A stretch of DNA of 28,319 nt, from positions 1 to 28,319 of the forward strand of contig JBHIEG010000023.1 in assembly GCA_046760505.1 (NCBI GenBank), written 5' to 3'. The position numbers were made by a program, and so were the translations under genes. Numbering within the stretch: the stretch's first letter is position 1; every line of letters begins with the position of its first letter. Source of the stretch: Candidatus Hydrothermarchaeota archaeon (lineage in GTDB: Archaea; CAYFZR01). Of this stretch, positions 25,959 to 28,319 are shown piece after piece. Under the pieces are notes generated by a model. That model had not been told where the DNA came from. It worked only from the letters and a program-made list of their open reading frames with translations, and made no database searches.

Positions 25959-28070
25959 TCAAGTAAAACCTCCTCTTACACCATATGTTTCATCGTAGGA
26001 AATATCTATTATTGGAAAGCCTTCATCTGGTATTTTAACCATCCAAATTGGTATTGGAACAGTATATTCCTTTATCATTGCGAAAATTTTTCTTTTTTCC
26101 ATGTAAGTTTCTTTTTTCATTTGATCATATAGTTTTCTAACCTCTTTTTCATAGATACTTGGAATACCAAGCACTGTAAATTCATCTCTGAACTTTAAGA
26201 GTTTCTGAGCAAATTCATCTCTAACTCTCCAAGAATATAAGAAGGCAGTATTATCTTGCCAGTCGCTCAACAAATTATATATCCTCCTTTGCTTTACTTC
26301 TGAAAGAAAAATTTCTTTATCGTATTCTTCTATCAGTTGAAGTTCATTTTCAAGATTTTCGCTCTCTAAACGCTTTAGGAATTTCCAAGTTCTACGAACA
26401 TCTTCCTTTTCGTATGGATATCCTTTATTAGAATTTATCTCGTTAGGAAAGGTTATCCACGCATTTATTTTCTCTGTTTTCTCTTTATACCTATTTACTC
26501 TACCAAACCTCTGAACAAGAGATTCTAAAGGAGCACATTCAGTTACCATAAAATCAAACGATACATCGAGAGAGACCTCTATGACTTGGGTAGCAACTAA
26601 AATAAAACTCTCTCCGTTTCTTATCCAATTGGTAATTTTTTCTTCTTTTTCACTTCGATGCTTATAAATGAAACGTGAGTGTAGTAACTCTGTGTTTACG
26701 TCTGAATTCCTCAACAAGTTTTGCAGTTCCTTAAATACATTCTGGGATTTTTCTACGGTGTTACATACTATCGCTATCCTAAATGGGTTTTTTTGAGAAC
26801 TAAAAATATCAAGAACGCTCTCAACAATCTCTTGTAAATCTTCCTCAACAATCTTGTACATTACTCTTCTTCTCTTTCTGAATTCATCGTTTAACCATAA
26901 TTTTTCTACTTTTCCTCCAAATATCCCAGTGAAATGTTCTAGAAGTTTGGAAGGAAAAGTTGCTGACATTACACAAAACTTTAAGTTGTAAAGTTCAGCA
27001 AAACGTTCAAGGAAATAAGAAAGAATGTACAGCATATTCGGTGAAAAAGTATGGACTTCATCAAGAATAATTACCGAATTTCTTAAATGGGGGCGTTTTA
27101 TAAAGTATTTTCCCACTTGAAGGAATGTCAACAATAGCTGGTCAAGTGTGGTAATGATAACAGGCTGAACGAAATAGGAAGAGAACATTAATTCCCTGAA
27201 ATCGCTGTCCTCTCTTTTTACGGCCTCTACATCAGCATAATAAAAAAGTTCACCCACATTTTCTTTCCCAAAAAAGCGACACAGATCATCATAAAAACTC
27301 TTTATTGAAGTGATTGTGGGCAGAACATAGATTATCCTTGAGCCATTTCCTATCGCATATGAGAGAGAGGCTGCCGTCTTTCCCCAACCAGTGGGGGCTC
27401 TGATGAGCAAATTCGTATCTATTTTACTTAGATTTAACTGTGTTTTTAGAGTATCACTTCTTATTTTTAGTCTTTTTTTCTTGATTTTCTCATTAAGCCA
27501 TGCTTCTAGGTCTTTAACATTTTTATTCGGTTTCTTTATCGTGTAATTTGTTAAGTTGTTAGCTGATAGAATATCCGCAAATTTGAAAAGTCCATAAACA
27601 TCAACAAAGTTGATCTTCGACATTAGATCGAGTTTAGAGACTAATCTGTAAAGATTTCTTCTCCAATTTATCATTTCGCTTTCAATCCATTTTTTCTCGC
27701 TTACAATAGCCTCATTTTTAACCCTATATACATCCTCATCCTCTATGCTTGTTAAACTACTGTGATGTTTAAGTATAAACAAAGGAAGAAGAGGATACTT
27801 CCCCAATTCCTCCCTACCCATGATAAAAAGAATGAGAGTTGAAAGGGGAGAGTGAAATGGATTTTTTTCGTTATGGACGCTCCAGTCATTTCTAAGTTTT
27901 CCTAAATCATGGTAATAGCAAAGGAGTTCAGCAAATTCTTGATAGTTCTTCAAATCATAAAAATTTAGAAATTCAAAATTTAATCCTTTGCATTCCTCAA
28001 TATGTTTACCTAACTTTTTACCTTCATGCGATTCTTTACTCCAAATTCTCTCTTCTAAATCGCTCAACAT
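25959..28070 (-). CDS. cas3: Type I CRISPR nuclease-helicase Cas3 (HD fused)
   Basis: H..HDLGK..H..HH..AD nuclease; APTGWGKT, DEVH, SAT, HSRF, ATQVIEVSLD, QRFGRVNR. Confidence 0.96.
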   Translation of the reverse strand: MLSDLEERIWSKESHEGKKLGKHIEECKGLNFEFLNFYDLKNYQEFAELLCYYHDLGKLRNDWSVHNEKNPFHSPLSTLILFIMGREELGKYPLLPLFILKHHSSLTSIEDEDVYRVKNEAIVSEKKWIESEMINWRRNLYRLVSKLDLMSKINFVDVYGLFKFADILSANNLTNYTIKKPNKNVKDLEAWLNEKIKKKRLKIRSDTLKTQLNLSKIDTNLLIRAPTGWGKTAASLSYAIGNGSRIIYVLPTITSIKSFYDDLCRFFGKENVGELFYYADVEAVKREDSDFRELMFSSYFVQPVIITTLDQLLLTFLQVGKYFIKRPHLRNSVIILDEVHTFSPNMLYILSYFLERFAELYNLKFCVMSATFPSKLLEHFTGIFGGKVEKLWLNDEFRKRRRVMYKIVEEDLQEIVESVLDIFSSQKNPFRIAIVCNTVEKSQNVFKELQNLLRNSDVNTELLHSRFIYKHRSEKEEKITNWIRNGESFILVATQVIEVSLDVSFDFMVTECAPLESLVQRFGRVNRYKEKTEKINAWITFPNEINSNKGYPYEKEDVRRTWKFLKRLESENLENELQLIEEYDKEIFLSEVKQRRIYNLLSDWQDNTAFLYSWRVRDEFAQKLLKFRDEFTVLGIPSIYEKEVRKLYDQMKKETYMEKRKIFAMIKEYTVPIPIWMVKIPDEGFPIIDISYDETYGVRGGFT

Positions 28071-28319
28071 CACTTACATCCCATATAGCTATACCATTTA
28101 CTGTTTTTATTGGTTTTTTAACCTTAAATTCTACATTAAAACCTTGATAAAAGAAAGTGTTCAAATATAACACTGTTATTAACTTTGTTCTAAAGCGCCT
28201 CTTGATCAAATTTTCTGTGATTTTCAGGATATCTTTCTCTCCTCTTCCGGTAACGCAACCCTCCATTCTCTGGACTTGCTTTCAAGAAGAGAAATCACCT
28301 TGGAAATTTCTCGTTCTCT
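28036..28319 (-). pseudogene. 3' end of the upstream cas gene (possibly cas5), apparently frameshifted and cut by the window edge
   Basis: Overlaps the cas3 start. No single frame stays open from the window edge to the stop at 28036. Identity inferred from position only. Confidence 0.4.

Overview
AT-rich, densely packed archaeal (euryarchaeal-type) window: TATA/BRE promoters, GGTGA/GGAGG ribosome-binding sites, NOG1, RtcA, MtnA, DUF5612, MtaA-family genes. The first ~11 kb looks like a respiratory island. It holds a 13-heme secreted cytochrome c and a candidate prenyl-quinone cluster (long-chain polyprenyl synthase, VTE3/MenG-like methyltransferase, geranylgeranyl-reductase homologue, B12 radical SAM). 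Converging on that cluster is a 7-gene operon: a tiny monoheme cytochrome with a cytochrome f/Cyc2-like N-terminus, a small membrane protein, split cytochrome b6 + subunit IV (heme ci Cys, PDWY), an FAD oxidoreductase, an HdrD/GlcF-like CCG protein and a second small membrane protein. No Rieske gene is present in the window. The middle holds housekeeping genes and an atypical single-domain AAA ATPase between two MtaA/URO-D-family proteins. The right end is a partly decaying defence region: vapBC, an MNT antitoxin with a probably deleted HEPN partner, type I cas3 and a probably frameshifted upstream cas gene. No CRISPR array, tRNA or rRNA was seen. All calls come from reading motifs by eye; no searches were run.
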